Below the pieces are notes generated by a model. That model was given only the letters and a program-made list of their open reading frames with translations, did no database searches and had not been told where the DNA came from. A DNA stretch of 64,000 nucleotides, taken from assembly GCA_964106915.2 (NCBI GenBank), contig OZ066924.1; one strand, given 5' to 3'. Below, piece after piece: positions 14,872 through 27,217 of the stretch. The stretch's first letter is position 1, and each line of letters opens with the position of its first letter. This DNA comes from Podarcis gaigeae. Lineage: Eukaryota. The translations under genes and the position numbers were made by a program.

Positions 14872-14997
14872 ATAGAATCACAGAATTGTAGAGTTGGAAG
14901 GGACCCTGAGAGTCATCTAGTTCAACCCCCCCCCCCGAGATGCAGAAATCTTAACTAAAGCATCCATGATAAATGGCCATCTAGCCACTGCTTAAAC
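14872..14997 (-). mobile_element. CR1-type 3' tail fragment
   Basis: atagaatcacagaattgtagagttggaagggacc...catctagttcaacccc is the reverse of the CR1 terminal motif. Confidence 0.65.
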
Positions 14998-15406
14998 TAG
15001 TCCTTTCCACAGGGGGAGCATGGAAAAACAAACTTGCATTGCCTTATGTTAGAATAAATACAAACTGACAGTTTTACCATAGCCAAAAATGATAGGGGAC
15101 ACCACTGTTACAGAGAAATTGAAGAACAAGTGTGAATAGCCAGACCACCGCAAAAGAAAACTGATTTGTGGAAACATGGGCCGAATTTCTAAAGTACACT
15201 AGAAGTACAGGAATTGATTATATCTTCAAAGCAACGCAGTAATTAAATTAACTGGGAAAGTAAACTAAAAAAAAAGTTTAAGCCTACAGTGGGTTACTTT
15301 TGTTTCTTGTTATTAAAGTAAACAAGGAATCTCCCTCATGTTAGAGTATTTCAGTCAAGAAGGCCACCGACAACTATAACTTACACAGAGTATTAATTGA
15401 ATGTGT

Positions 15407-15412
15407 TTTATT
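15407..15412 (-). terminator. SUB1: SUB1 proximal polyadenylation signal AATAAA
   Basis: TTTATT on + strand about 225 nt downstream of the stop codon; more distal sites may also be used. Confidence 0.55.
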
Positions 15413-15636
15413 TTACACCATGATGTGAGAACATAACACCTGTTTAATAAAAGTATACACATTTGTAACTTCACCCAGAATACACTTTTAATGCACATTA
15501 AAAAAAGCGCTCATCTTACAAATTGTTTTGCAATCCAAATATACAATAGCTTGGAAAACAAATAGTTTAGAAAATGAATGCCAATGTAAAAAGACTACTT
15601 AAACCTATAACAGTAGAGTTTCTGCATGGCTCATCT

Positions 15637-15716
15637 TTACAGTTTTCTTACTGCTTCATCAATATCAGTAATCTGTTCCTTCAACTGGCTCCACTGTTCT
15701 GGATTTAGAGAGATAC
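15637..15716 (-). CDS. SUB1: SUB1 exon 5 coding part to stop
   Basis: tttag|GT ATC TCT CTA AAT CCA...AAA CTG TAA; (G)[25 protein letters not shown]. Confidence 0.97.
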
Positions 15717-18700
15717 CTAAAGTAAACCAAAACAAATCCTTGGAGGTTATTACAAATTCACACTTATGCTATAAACACACTTACACAACTGCAGAATTCA
15801 CAATGCTGTCCTGTTGAGGATGCTTCAAGAGAACCTCAACTTCTGTATTAAAAAATGCAGATTTGAGGACAAGAAACTTGAAAGGTAGGATCTCAGAAGA
15901 GTTGGGGGGTCAAGGGCAATCAGCGCCTCTATGATCCAAGTCAAAATTTATGCAGTACAAAGTAGATAATCCCTCTTCAGGAATTCTACCAAGCCAAGTA
16001 TTTACGCAAGACCAGAGAAACAAGTTACCTGGAAGTCACTCTTGACATGGTTCACTTGTAACATTATACACAGCAGAGCTTGTTGTAGTTAAGACTTCAA
16101 ACACTCATCAAAATGTTACTTGCAGTTTCTCAGCCCAGTTTAAAAGTGCCTAGATATTAACAGCCACAGAATATTAAAGGAGATACATACCTAAGCCTCA
16201 AAGGCCTTAAAAGCTGGAGGGGTTGTGACATGCTGATTCAGCACACAAGTACTGTACCATCCAAACAACAGACTGAAAGATTAGTAGGACCAGCACTGAC
16301 AGCACAATCCAAACAAACAGCTAGTTATTCAAGGAACTTTGTCTCCTTTTGACCTACTTGTTTCCTGCTCTTTGAAACCACAAAGAGTGCAAACAGTATG
16401 ACCAGGAAGGGCATACAGGACAGATATGCAAGTCAGCCTGCCCATTTATTTGCATTCTATGATCAGATTTATTTATTTCTTTTTGTATTTCAGTAGGCAT
16501 AGCTAGAGCACAGATCAGCTAAAAGTCTTGCACAGACATTTTAAGGATCTACAAGACTCCATAATGTTCTTTCCTTTCTCACCTGCTCAGGCCTGGCATC
16601 ACCTAGGATTTCTGTCAACAGGATCAAAACAAAACTGAACGCAGCTCAAAATTCACTTTCGAGAACTTTGAGTTATATGCAATACCAAAACATCAATGGG
16701 TGGGGATGGAAGGGAATGTGTGCAAAATGAGAGGCAGGTGGTGATCTTAAGTTAGATCCCTAAGCAAATAACCTAACAAACCTGAATGGGCACCAGAACT
16801 GCTGGGGCCAGAGAAACAGGAACCTCCAAATAGGTCTATGTCCAACCTGTCTGTATCTACTTTGAGGGTAGGCAAACCAAGAGCAGGGAAACAAAGGAAT
16901 GTTTGGTTGTGTTCAGATTGGCCACTTCACACAAACTAGTTAAATATAGTGTGACTGAATGTGAAAAAGGACAGAATCTGTATGCCTTTAGTAGCTGTGT
17001 AGAACAGGGAATTTTGGTAGATGTGTCTTGCCATGTCGTGTCTGGTATATCTAAGTAGTAATGATGATGTGGAAGAATGGACTGTACTCCCAATCCTTTA
17101 TTATTCTGTTGGGAGCTGCCCAGAGTGGCTGAGGAAACCCAGCCAGATGGGCATAGTATAAATATTATTATTATTATTATTATTATTTATTACTACTACT
17201 ACAACAACAACAACACTTATTGCTACACCTAATTATCCTGACTTAGATGTTTAGGTATGGGGCCCAAGAACCCATTATAGTGCATAATGTATTATCAAAA
17301 ACTGTAGTCACCATGCAGACAACATAAGAATTACCTTTTCTGCCAGGTTTCATTTCACCTTCTTGATCCATCCAGTATTCTCTAATATCAATTAGGACTT
17401 TACCTTTAAAATCACGAACACTGACATATCTCATTTTACCAATCTGTCAACAAATTAGAGAACTAAATCATTATTTCACCAAACACATGATACAGCTCTT
17501 CAAGCACTATTAAGGTCTTGTGTATGATTCAAAGTAAAACTAGAGTTTATTTTTGAGGTTATGGGATCAAGTGTTTCTTCTCAGTGAAATCTCTTACAAC
17601 TAACAAGCAATGACAGCAAGAGACAGGAGAAGCCAAATCATTCTGCAGAAGTTATTGCTAAACCAAACTGATTTATTTCCTTTTTCTCAGAAGCGTGCTT
17701 TTTTATAGAAATATTGTCAAGGAATATAAAAAAACTCAATCACCTTCAGCCCTTTAACTAATGAGGATGAAATCATCATCCTAGCCTTGGGCTTTCAGAA
17801 GTATGAATCCACATTCAAATTGAGAAATAGGGTAGATACGCACAAGTTCAGTAAATTTTGGTCTTCAAACTTATGCATATATGAGATTATGATTAGCATC
17901 AGGAAGTAACCTTAAATGAAAGGCAACCAAGCTGATTTCCAAGTACAGTCGTACCTCTTTTTGCGTCTGGGATCTGTTCCGGAGCCCTGGACACTGGACG
18001 AAAGGGATGCTCAACAAAGTGCCGCTTTGCGCATAGTGCAATTTAGCACTTCTGCACGTGCGGCAAACTCGGAAGTAACCCATTCTGTTACTTCTGAGTT
18101 TGCCACGGACGTTCGATGAAATGGACCCTAAACGGGGCAGACTCAAAATGAGGTACAGCTGTACAGTGAAAATGTGCTAGGCTCCAACTAGAGGCCTATA
18201 TTTAGCTTAGGGCACCAAACCCATACGGAAGCAGTTTCAAGATTAGTGTTCAGGTTGCACCATCAAGAGAAAAAAACATTCTGAAAGCATTAAAGCAGGA
18301 AACTGCAGCCTGCAGAATGCTAGTTAGAAAAATTGATAGCAGCTGATATTCTCAGAAGCCTAGCTCAAAAAGAAGTAGTGAACCATATTTTTAAAAAATA
18401 GGGTGGATAATGATGCAACGGTTTTGGTCAAGGATATTACACTAAGTGCACCGAGATGCAAAAGCACCTTCCTATAATTCTAAAATTACTAAACTGTCTG
18501 AAGACCCCCAAAAATGCCACACATATTTGCTGGATTGAATAGCTTCTGTATCTGTTGTATTACCAAAATCTCTACCACTGAAGATGTCAAGAACATCTTG
18601 GATGTGCCTTGGCTATCAATAGTATAATCTTAATATATTTTGCAATGCGAGGAGTAACATCTGAAATGTTTTTAAATGTTGACTCCTATGTGCTTAAGAG

Positions 18701-21700
18701 TTTCAACATACACAACTGTAAGTTCCACTAGCTCAGGCCTCCTCACTTGTTATAATCTTCCCTTTTCTGCATGCAGCAACACCCCAATCTCATGCAAATG
18801 GCCCATGACCACTGAACAGGACTTTGAAACACACAGTTCCTGCCCATAGGCAAAATTTCCTACACCTAGCCCACTACCTCCACGTCTCTAACCCCCCCCC
18901 CCCCAATCTCTGCTCCTTATTTGCCAACTTCACCAGCACCTCCGGACACTTCAATTACTTTCCACTCTCAGAGTAAACATGTAGAACCAATGGGGAAAAA
19001 ACTCCATGCAAAATGTTATTATAACAGTAATTTGCTTAAGGTCACCCATCAAGTTCCTAGTTGTACTGTAATTTGAAGCAAATAGTTCCTAGCTCAACCA
19101 GAATACTGCTTACCAATTAGCTGTCCAAAGTAGTACAAGAATGGATAATTACAAAATCAAGCTTTCTAAACTGCATACCTTTAATTAAGAACACTCTTCA
19201 ACCTTTCACGCTTGCTGCATAAGCAACTATCGGATCACACTACAGATAGTAGTGTTAAACATAACACAGACCATCTGGGATCCAGTAATCTCCATTTATT
19301 TGGCAACAGATCAGATATACCATTCAAGTACAATTTTCAACATTTCCTTTCGGATTAAAGTTCAGTATAGTTTTTCTTTGTGTGAGCATCACACGGGCAT
19401 GGACTAGTTCCTCAGTGAAGCAGAATTTAATGTGCTTTCTACTCATGTCATTCATAGACAAGCTAATATGTTCTGACATATCTGTGCCAGTCAAATTAAA
19501 ATTGCTCCCATCTTTCAGTCCAGCAGCTCCCAGCAAGCAAGGCCACCAAACCCCAGACAGGAAAATACTGTTGCTTGGGGAAGTTCAGCTTCCTTCCTGA
19601 CCCTACCCACTACTGACTGATCCTAAACAAAATCAATTTTATTTCTCCAGCTCTCCTACTTCACGTCACTCCCTTTGTGTTACTGACACTGACTAGTAGT
19701 GGGAAAACTGTTTCTGCAAGAATATAAAGCTTCTGAGTCCATATAGCTGTTCTTTGGATGAAGGTCCGTATACAAATATAATTTAATAAATAAATAACAG
19801 TTTAGGAAAGCTACAACTATATCTGTTTGCCGGTACTTGTGTACTAGATGCTTGTAAATGGGTTTAGCTCACAGTCGTCTTAAGGATTCCAATCGTGCAA
19901 AGTTATAAAAACAGAACACTGGCTTTATTTATTTCCCTGATGATGACAGGTCTTCCGCTTTGTAAAATTTAAGTACAACCCACAACACAAGAACTGGGTA
20001 TCCCACCAACTACTCAAAGTAAGAGCCACCAGTTACCTGAAACATATTCTCATCTCTGTTGCTACTTTGCTTGGAGGAGGCGGCACCTTTGGAGCTTTCA
20101 CCAGTCTTCTGTTTCTTCACAGGCTTTTCAGGCACTGCTTGTTTTTTCCTTTTCACCTTGACATTTAAAAATCAAAGTGAATTAAGAACCTACTGGAGAA
20201 GTTGTAGTTTCAAGTTTACATCAATATGTCTCTCCTCCTTCCCCCACAACAGTGTTCAAATGTACTCAATATTTGATCAGAGAAAGCCCCAGAAAACCAT
20301 TTAACAAAAAAGTACCCATGTTCACAGGGAAGACACAATACTTACATACAAAGAACAATTTTACCAAGTAAAAGCTACATTTTTCTCATTGTGGGAAACT
20401 AAACCTTTTTCTATCAAGGTCCGATGCAGGCCTTAAAATGTAATAGAAACCTTATTAGCATCACTGCATACTTAAAATATAACCACATTCAGGTTGCATC
20501 TACAGAAGACCAGATAAAATCAATGTGAAACTGCAGCAAACTCTCAGAACAGTCTTGAATGGGGTCAACTGGCTTTGCTTTGTATTGAGAAACTTACTGA
20601 GTTTGTTTACTCCAGTATCTCACTCTAGATAACTTGGGCTTTCCATCTCCACCAGAGACTATGTAAATCCAGGAATTCCCTTAATGTTTGGCAAACTGTG
20701 TTGGTAAATAATAGGCACTTCCCTTCAATAGAAGTGTTGTTTGTACCAGCAGCTAGGATATCAACTTACAAATGAAAATGTAAACTCCCTTAAGATTAAC
20801 TGGATCAAAGAGATGCAAAATAACATTGCAAAATAATGTATGCAACTTTCTACAACATAATGTATAAAAGACTGAGGGCTGGCAATACCAGACTTAACAG
20901 CACTTGAAACCACAGCTCAAAAATGTTGCCCTTTCTGTCCCATCTTCTGTGAGAAAGGCCAAAACAAGATCCCAATTCATTTGTGCTCAAAAGCTCCTCA
21001 AACTATTTTGACCCCGCCTTGATCTATGCTGGCAATCCTGAACACCTCAAGTCCACAAAAAATGGGCCACTAACCAAAGAATATTAGTTACAGGTACATA
21101 GGGAATTGCTTAAAAAATATTTAGATGAAAAGCCAAATTCACCTAATTGCAAAATTCTGCGGCCTGGGGCAGAACGAGGGGCTTTGAATGCATAATCTGC
21201 TGCACTTGCATTCTACTAGTTCAACAAAAACACCTTTGTGAAATTCTCCAAGTACAGCCAAGTAGCTGAGAGAAGAATCAGGCCATGGGCGGGATGGAAT
21301 CCTGCTCAGAGATGACATTTCAAGACCAAGCTAGATGTTGATCATTTAAACATTAAGGTTAACAGTTTGGTGTTCATAACATTTATCTGCAAGCTAGAGG
21401 GATCCATTCTTTCCAAGATTTAGTGGTAAACACTTCTATACCAGTTATGCTTCTCCATTTCCCCTCATCGGCAAGTGGGTAAAGCACCACAAATTAGTAA
21501 ATATGCGGAAGGTAAAGTTCCTTAAAATGTGAAGTAACTATACGTCAACATTTTGAGAAACTGCAACTGGACTAGTACTTACCCCTCAAGTACAAAAAAA
21601 AATTCCCTGAGAGATTCATTCTTCTCCCACTTTACTGATTACGCTTGCTAAAAAAAGCATTCAGCTACAAGAGAGCTATGCAATCTTCTACATGCCTAAC

Positions 21701-22168
21701 TAGGTCCTAAATACCAGTATAAGCGGAACTTGAAAAAGAAATGTGCCCGGAATTGTGGGTATACTTGAAATGAAAGGTCTTAAAGGATCATTGCCTTAAA
21801 ATAGGTTGATGTATTTAAAAAATACAAACAGAATAAAAAATAAAAAAGTTCTGATCAAGATATCCATTTTGATCCAAATATTCCATAACTTTAAAATGAA
21901 ATAAAAAATCATGAGTAGCACAAGTATGCCCTCAAAAGACTGACTCAATTAAAGAGAAGTGCATTTTAATTATCTTTTTAAGAACAAGGAAAGTAGATTT
22001 GTAAAATCAGCTCCCCTGAGGATCTATTTATCTTATACCGTTATGGCTTTTTTAGGCATATATGCAAGTCTTAGCCATTTATACACGTCTCTGTATAAGT
22101 AGAAAGCATAAACTCTAAAATTAGTCTCTGGGTGGCTTATGCCACTGTTTTATTCTTGCTCAATATTG

Positions 22169-22205
<37 letters not shown>

Positions 22206-22308
22206 AAAGAAAGAAAAGGAGGGGAGAAAATATCACCTTTTTGTCAACTTCACTGTCCGAATCACTGGCAGATGAGCTTGAAGACACAAGTTCTTTTGAT
22301 TTCGGCAT
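15637..22308 (-). CDS. SUB1: SUB1 / PC4 (activated RNA polymerase II transcriptional coactivator p15), spliced CDS join(22308-22237,20156-20037,17443-17335,15716-15637), 126 aa
   Basis: Four GT-AG exons (72+120+109+80=381 nt) join in frame: [24 protein letters not shown] / VKRKKQ...DENMFQ / [36 protein letters not shown] / [26 protein letters not shown]. This has the Ser-rich and Lys-rich N-terminus and the PC4 ssDNA-binding domain. Confidence 0.98.
17105..17215 (+). mobile_element. L2 LINE 3' tail fragment with (TTA)n/(CTA)n/(CAA)n microsatellite
   Basis: gggagctgcccagagtggctgaggaaacccagccagatggg matches the tail of the element at 27600-27973. Confidence 0.7.
17335..17443 (-). CDS. SUB1: SUB1 exon 4 (PC4 domain)
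   Basis: gacag|ATT GGT AAA ATG...AAA G|gtaatt; overlaps ORF 17243..17434 ([23 protein letters not shown]...). Confidence 0.97.
17946..18161. mobile_element. Tigger/pogo-like MITE
   Basis: About 21-bp imperfect TIR CAGTCGTACCTC.../...GAGGTACAGCTG with TA duplications. Confidence 0.75.
20037..20156 (-). CDS. SUB1: SUB1 exon 3
   Basis: gtcaag|GTG AAA AGG...TTT CAG|gtaact; [40 protein letters not shown]. Confidence 0.95.
22167..22206. repeat. (TG)n(AG)n compound microsatellite
   Basis: Directly visible, 30 nt into SUB1 intron 2. Confidence 0.95.
22237..22308 (-). CDS. SUB1: SUB1 first coding exon (exon 2; exon begins 22309)
   Basis: ttcctag|A ATG CCG AAA TCA...AAA AAG|gtgata; [24 protein letters not shown]. 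Confidence 0.96.
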
Positions 22309-23441
22309 TCTAGGAAGGAAAGAAATTTTGTTGTTTTTTTAAAAAGCTTCATACACTAAGTGACTGTTAGAATTTCACACCCCCTCCCATCAAGCAATCT
22401 CCTCCATCATTGTCATTTCACACACAACTGCTCTGAAGTTCCACTGAAATTAAATGGGCTTCAAAGTAATATTTAAGAATTGGGATACGAGCCATATAAT
22501 GGCATTGGGCTTACCATTGGGGAAAAGTGGAGGGATACATAATAAATGACTATGGAGAGAAACACAAAATGCTTGGTTGTTAGGTAGCTTTGATTTTAAA
22601 TAGGGTTAACTGGTGTCCTCTCTGCTTATGAGACAGTGAATGAGACCCATATAGGATGCTACTTTATCTTAAATCAATACTATTAACACATTGCAATCCT
22701 ATCCAACTGTTGTTTGAAGCACATATACTGTTATAGTCTGATAGAGCTGAACTTATTCTTCTGTTAGAGCAAAGGCAGAGAGATGGATAGGACTTGCATG
22801 GAGAAACAGTAGGGATCAGGTTACTTTAGACCTTCTGAAACAACGGTAGCAAGTAAGAGGCAGCAGTAGGTAAAAATGTATTTGTTTTAGAAGAGAGCAA
22901 ACGCCGGTACTGTAGGTATTTTCAAGGATTGTGAGGAAGCTGATCCGCCTCACAGGTGGTAAGGTTTAATAGTAAATAATGCACTCAGGCAAAGCGGGGG
23001 TGTTATGTACAAATCCTAAGAAGATGTGGCAGAGTACAGAATGTATCACACCTTTGAATAAATGCTTTTGCTTATGAGTGAAGCTAAAAAAATGTTCTAC
23101 AAAATCTAAGTGACAATTTGCAAGTGGCTTGACAGAACCGATGGATCTGTTCTGTGAAATACCAATTTGTTATTCCAGTTTCAGAATGAAACAAGATGGC
23201 TGTGTTCTAACTCTACTGCTGGAGGCAAGATGCCTCTGAATATAAACTGCAAGGAAATTCATCACAAGTGCATCAGGTGCTGCTTGCGGTTTTCCCACAG
23301 GCATCTGGTTGTCCACTGGGATAACAGGATACTGGGCAGGATGAGCCTTTGGTCTGATCCAGCAGACATCATCTTATGTTGCCCTACATATATCAGTTAT
23401 CAGGAATTCTTCCCACTTAATCCTTTAAAGAACCTCTAGCT

Positions 23442-23577
23442 CAGTGTTTCCCAACCTTGTGCCTCCAGATGTTTTTGGCCTACAACTCCCATCATCCCTA
23501 GCTAGCAAGACCAGTGGTCAGGGATGATGGGAGTTGTAGGCCAAAAACATCTGGAGGCACAAGGTTGGGAAACACTG
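23442..23577. mobile_element. 136-bp palindromic hAT-type MITE, perfect copy
   Basis: 58-bp perfect inverted arms, 20-nt spacer, perfect 8-bp TSD CTCTAGCT. Confidence 0.93.
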
Positions 23578-25093
23578 CTCTAGCTCTCTAGCACGCGCGC
23601 TCTCTCTCTCGGCAAGGTGTGGCTTCCGATTCCAGCTCCAAAAGATAACACATGGGAGAAAAAACCAAAACAGTTAAATATGCAGCTTCATCAGAGATCA
23701 TACTGCTTTTCTCCAGGTAAGTATATTTGCTTGACCACACCACATCAATGACATGTTTTAACTTCTCAGAAAAATTAAAGAAGCAGGCTTCAGGTGTTTC
23801 ACTAAGGCAATTAAGGAGAAAGGCATTTATTTATTTAATATGTTTATTATATCCAACCTTTGTTCCATCACAAACTTATTGTGGTATAAACTTGAGTGAA
23901 ATATAAGAAACATGGGAAATGGCAGATGGAAGTAATAATAATAATAATTTATTATTACGGACAGAGACCAGCTTGCAAGGAATAAAAAGTAGTAAATACC
24001 CAGAGCCCAGCATTTTCAATGCAAATGGGAAAACCATATCAAGGCAAATAAAACTGATTAAAAAATAGGAAGAGACAAACACTAGAAGTGTGCATGCACA
24101 CGAAAGCTCATACCAAGAACTGACTTAATTGGTCTTTAAGGTGCTACTGGAAGGAATTTTTTTTTTGTTTTGACTAGAAATACAGATATGGAGGGCAGTA
24201 TAAAGAAGACAGGTAGATCCCTGGATATTACAAGGGAGGAGTCCTGGGCTTTCACACTAAATAAAAATCCCCTATTTGTTGGCCTCCTCAGTTTATTTGC
24301 AGGAACATCTGAGACCCACCCACATGACGACAGAATGTAAGTAACACGCCTGTGTTACATCCCGTCTTTCTGGATTCAGAGGCATGTGCTACAGCCATAC
24401 TGTATCTGAGTTTCTCTCACTGTGTGAACTGTGAAGGTACAGTGAGAACTTTACATGCTGTTACCACTTAATTCATCAAGATTTTCAAAAGAGCAAAAGG
24501 GAAGAGAATTTGGGAGGAGAGAGGTGATGGCAAGATGAGCATATAGACCTGTGTGCATGTAAGTCTACAGACTAAAGAGGAGAGGGAGCTAACAGATGAT
24601 GTAGTGCAGCTCCATGTGTAAATATAGAAGGAAAATGAACTTGGAATAGGCTAAAATGTGACTAAGCCCATGGTTAAAGCAATACATCAATACTGTATGT
24701 AGTGTGCCATCCCACACCCTATGTTCTGGTACTGCTCCAAATTGGGGGCAACAGACCAGGGGGCAGGCTTGGCTCTGCCATTTACTTGCTGAGCTTCTTG
24801 CTGCCACCCAATGGTGCCTCAAGTCCTGTGACACATGGGGCACCCAAGGGATAAAATGGCCACTCAAGAGGCGGAGGATTGAACAGGAAGGTGAGGCTAC
24901 AACACAGGAAAAAGCAGGTGGTGGGTCACTTAAAATGCAGAGAATGCGTCACTGTTGGGGCCAAGGTATCCTAGAAGGTGCCATGGTTTTGTTGGGGGGG
25001 TTCCCTTCATTTGAGTAAAAGGAGAAAGTGCAGCCCCAAGGCCCCAGTAACACCCATGGGGAGGAAATGCGGGAGGGGAGCAGGTTGCCAGAA

Positions 25094-25218
25094 AATCAGA
25101 GAACCGTTGGGTCGCAAGGGACCCCGAGGGTCATCTAGTCCAACCCCCTACAATGCAGGAACCGTTTTGCCCAACGTGGGGCTCGAACCCACGGCTGTAT
25201 CGTGCTCTGCCGACCGAG
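25094..25218 (-). mobile_element. tRNA-Lys-derived SINE with CR1-type tail
   Basis: Minus strand reads CTCGGTCGGCAGAGCA...GTGGGTTCGAGCCCCACGTTGGGC (tRNA-Lys-like, anticodon arm lost) then TTCCTGCATTG.AGGGGGTTGGACTAGATGACC (CR1 tail). Confidence 0.75.
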
Positions 25219-25798
25219 GACCCGTAACCAGCCAAGATGAAGATGGGGGGAGAGAGAGACCAGACCACAGTATGGAGGACCAGAAACGGCTCCTTTAAGA
25301 CAGCCGTGTAGATGAAGCCGGGGGGAGGAGGGGAACCTGGGCCAAGGCGGTGAGGTGGGAATCCCCCCAGGCCAAGTAGAGCTGGGGGGCGGTTCCCAGC
25401 CGCCATTTTCTCCCTCCCTCGGATGCTTTCTCTGCCCCCTCCCTTCCCCAACATGGCAGCCTCTGGGCTGCTGCACCGCCTCCGCCTCCTCCCTCAGGTT
25501 TCCTTCCCCCCCCTTTAGTATTAGGGAATGGGGAGTCCGAACACGACCCGCACCGATAGGGAGCAGTTATTTGTCCCATGGCTCCCTCGCTTCTCAGGGG
25601 CGAGCGTCGCCGCCGCCTCTCATTTCAGGGACTCGGGTCCCGAGGAGCCCAACATGGCGGCTCAAACCGCCGCGCAGCGCGCGCAGGCGACGAGGGCCGA
25701 GAGTTCCATTCGAACGTGACCCCCGCCCCCCGCAGAAAGAGCCACGGGAAGAGGGATGGGGAGCGCGCGCGAGGAGTAACGGAAAAAGCGGCACTCAC

Positions 25799-25826
25799 GT
25801 TCCACTCACAGCCCGCTGCTCTCACT
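25799..25826 (-). other. SUB1: SUB1 non-coding exon 1 (approximate start)
   Basis: Lies in the CpG island. Donor AC|GTGAGT at 25798 (alternative CT|GTGAGT at 25809). TATA-like GATAAAAAAG about 28 nt upstream of a CAGT initiator-like site at 25826. The TSS is inferred. Confidence 0.6.
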
Positions 25827-26696
25827 GCCTTCCTCTTGGCTTGCCTTTTTTATCCCCGCCCCACGCCGCTGCAAAAGCGGAAGTGACGTGAGCTCCGGCG
25901 GCCCGCCCACTCCAAAAGACCGCGGGAGGGCGCACGCACACCGTGCGTGAAGTTAGCGCGCTGCGCGCGGCGAGGCGCTCGGAGAGCGAGGAGCGTTTTA
26001 AGCGTGTGGGTGACTCGTGGGACGTAGAAATGCGTGCAGCATCAACCATCTTAAATTTAAAAAAATTAAAAATCGAAGATTTCATTTATCAAATTCATTT
26101 TTCAAACCCTCAAAAAATAACACGATAAAACTGAGAACAAATCAAAGCACTGATTTTACATACAACGGTTGAAACATTGAAACTGGTTTAGGTCGTCACA
26201 ACTTTATAAGCTTCTGGGTAGGCTTGTCTAAAATGTTTCCAGCAGGCGTGGAAAGGAGTATAGCGCCGGCTTGATTTTAATACAATAGACAGGGAATTCC
26301 AAAGTGCAAGTGCTGCCACATTGAAAGTTATTACAAATGTGGAGTGGGCACTTGTATGTTCAAAGCATGTGACTTGTATTCTGTGGAAGTTTATCATCAC
26401 CACCATCATTCTATATTTAATGTAAGAACAGCTAAAAACATGGGAATGCAACCATTAAAAAACTAATTACCAGGTAAACATTGTTATAATTTAAAACTGT
26501 TATATTTAAAAAATCTATTAATAGTTCCTGCTATAAAAAGTTGTTCGTCTTTTGAGGTGCTGCAAGACTCCCTTGTTTTTGCTGCAATAGGCAAGCAGAG
26601 CTGCCACTCTGGAATGGAATATGAATGCCCCTTCCCTGCTCCAGCCTCAGGTTGAGAGAACATGAATAAATAGAGGAGCCTTCAGTCTGTATTAGT

Positions 26697-26813
26697 CAGT
26701 GCTTTATTTTCTTGAAAAATAGATGCCAGAATTCTGTAAGTGCCACATTTTTTAACAACAAGAAAAAGAGATGCTGTACTGCATACCGTTGAGTACCCCC
26801 TGAAAAAGCCCTG
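26697..26813. mobile_element. hAT-type MITE
   Basis: CAGTGCTTT...AAAGCCCTG termini with perfect 8-bp TSD GTATTAGT. Confidence 0.8.
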
Positions 26814-27057
26814 GTATTAGTGTTTCATTTTCTGCAACTTTTGCAAATTAAGGTCTGTAGGAGTACCTGTGGAACAGCACACCTGAGGTGTTGACTCCTA
26901 GAGAATTGCAAAGCCAACAAAATACGGCTTGTAAAAATGTTCAGAAGTTGGGAAAGGAATTTGGTCATTCATTGCCAGCAATGCCATAGAGAATATCCCC
27001 TAAGTGCCAGTATTGTCAGTTTCCACCCTTGATGTGTGCTTGGATTTCCCATCTTAG

Positions 27058-27217
27058 CAGTGGCGTAGCATGGGTTGTCAGCACCCGGGGCAAGGCAAGT
27101 AATTTGCGCCCCCTAACCCGTGGATTTGCGCCCCCTAACCCGTGGATTTGCACCCCCTAACCCTAACCCCCAGATGTTGCGGCCGGCCCCCCCTGCACGC
27201 CCCACGCTACACCACTG
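27058..27217. mobile_element. hAT-type MITE with internal 22-bp tandem repeat
   Basis: 17-bp TIR CAGTGGCGTAGCATGGG (15/17), perfect 8-bp TSD CATCTTAG, about 3 copies of ATTTGCGCCCCCTAACCCGTGG. Confidence 0.88.

Larger units (their letters stand above)
25060..26040 (-). promoter_or_regulatory. SUB1: SUB1 CpG-island promoter (GC box, ETS-CRE composite, YY1 sites)
   Basis: Dense CpG/GC content; GCGGAAGTGACGTGA at 25877-25891; GGGCGGGG on minus strand near 25855-25862; YY1-type motifs at 25399-25409, 25449-25460 and 25650-25661. Confidence 0.85.

Noticed and set aside
24978-26128. Many overlapping 60-178 aa ORFs on both strands
   Set aside because: Stop-poor GC-rich CpG island; Pro/Arg/Gly-rich translations with no recognisable domain
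27102-27171. CRISPR-like array or true interstitial telomere
   Set aside because: Eukaryotic context, no unique spacers, and only two contiguous CCCTAA units inside a TSD-flanked MITE
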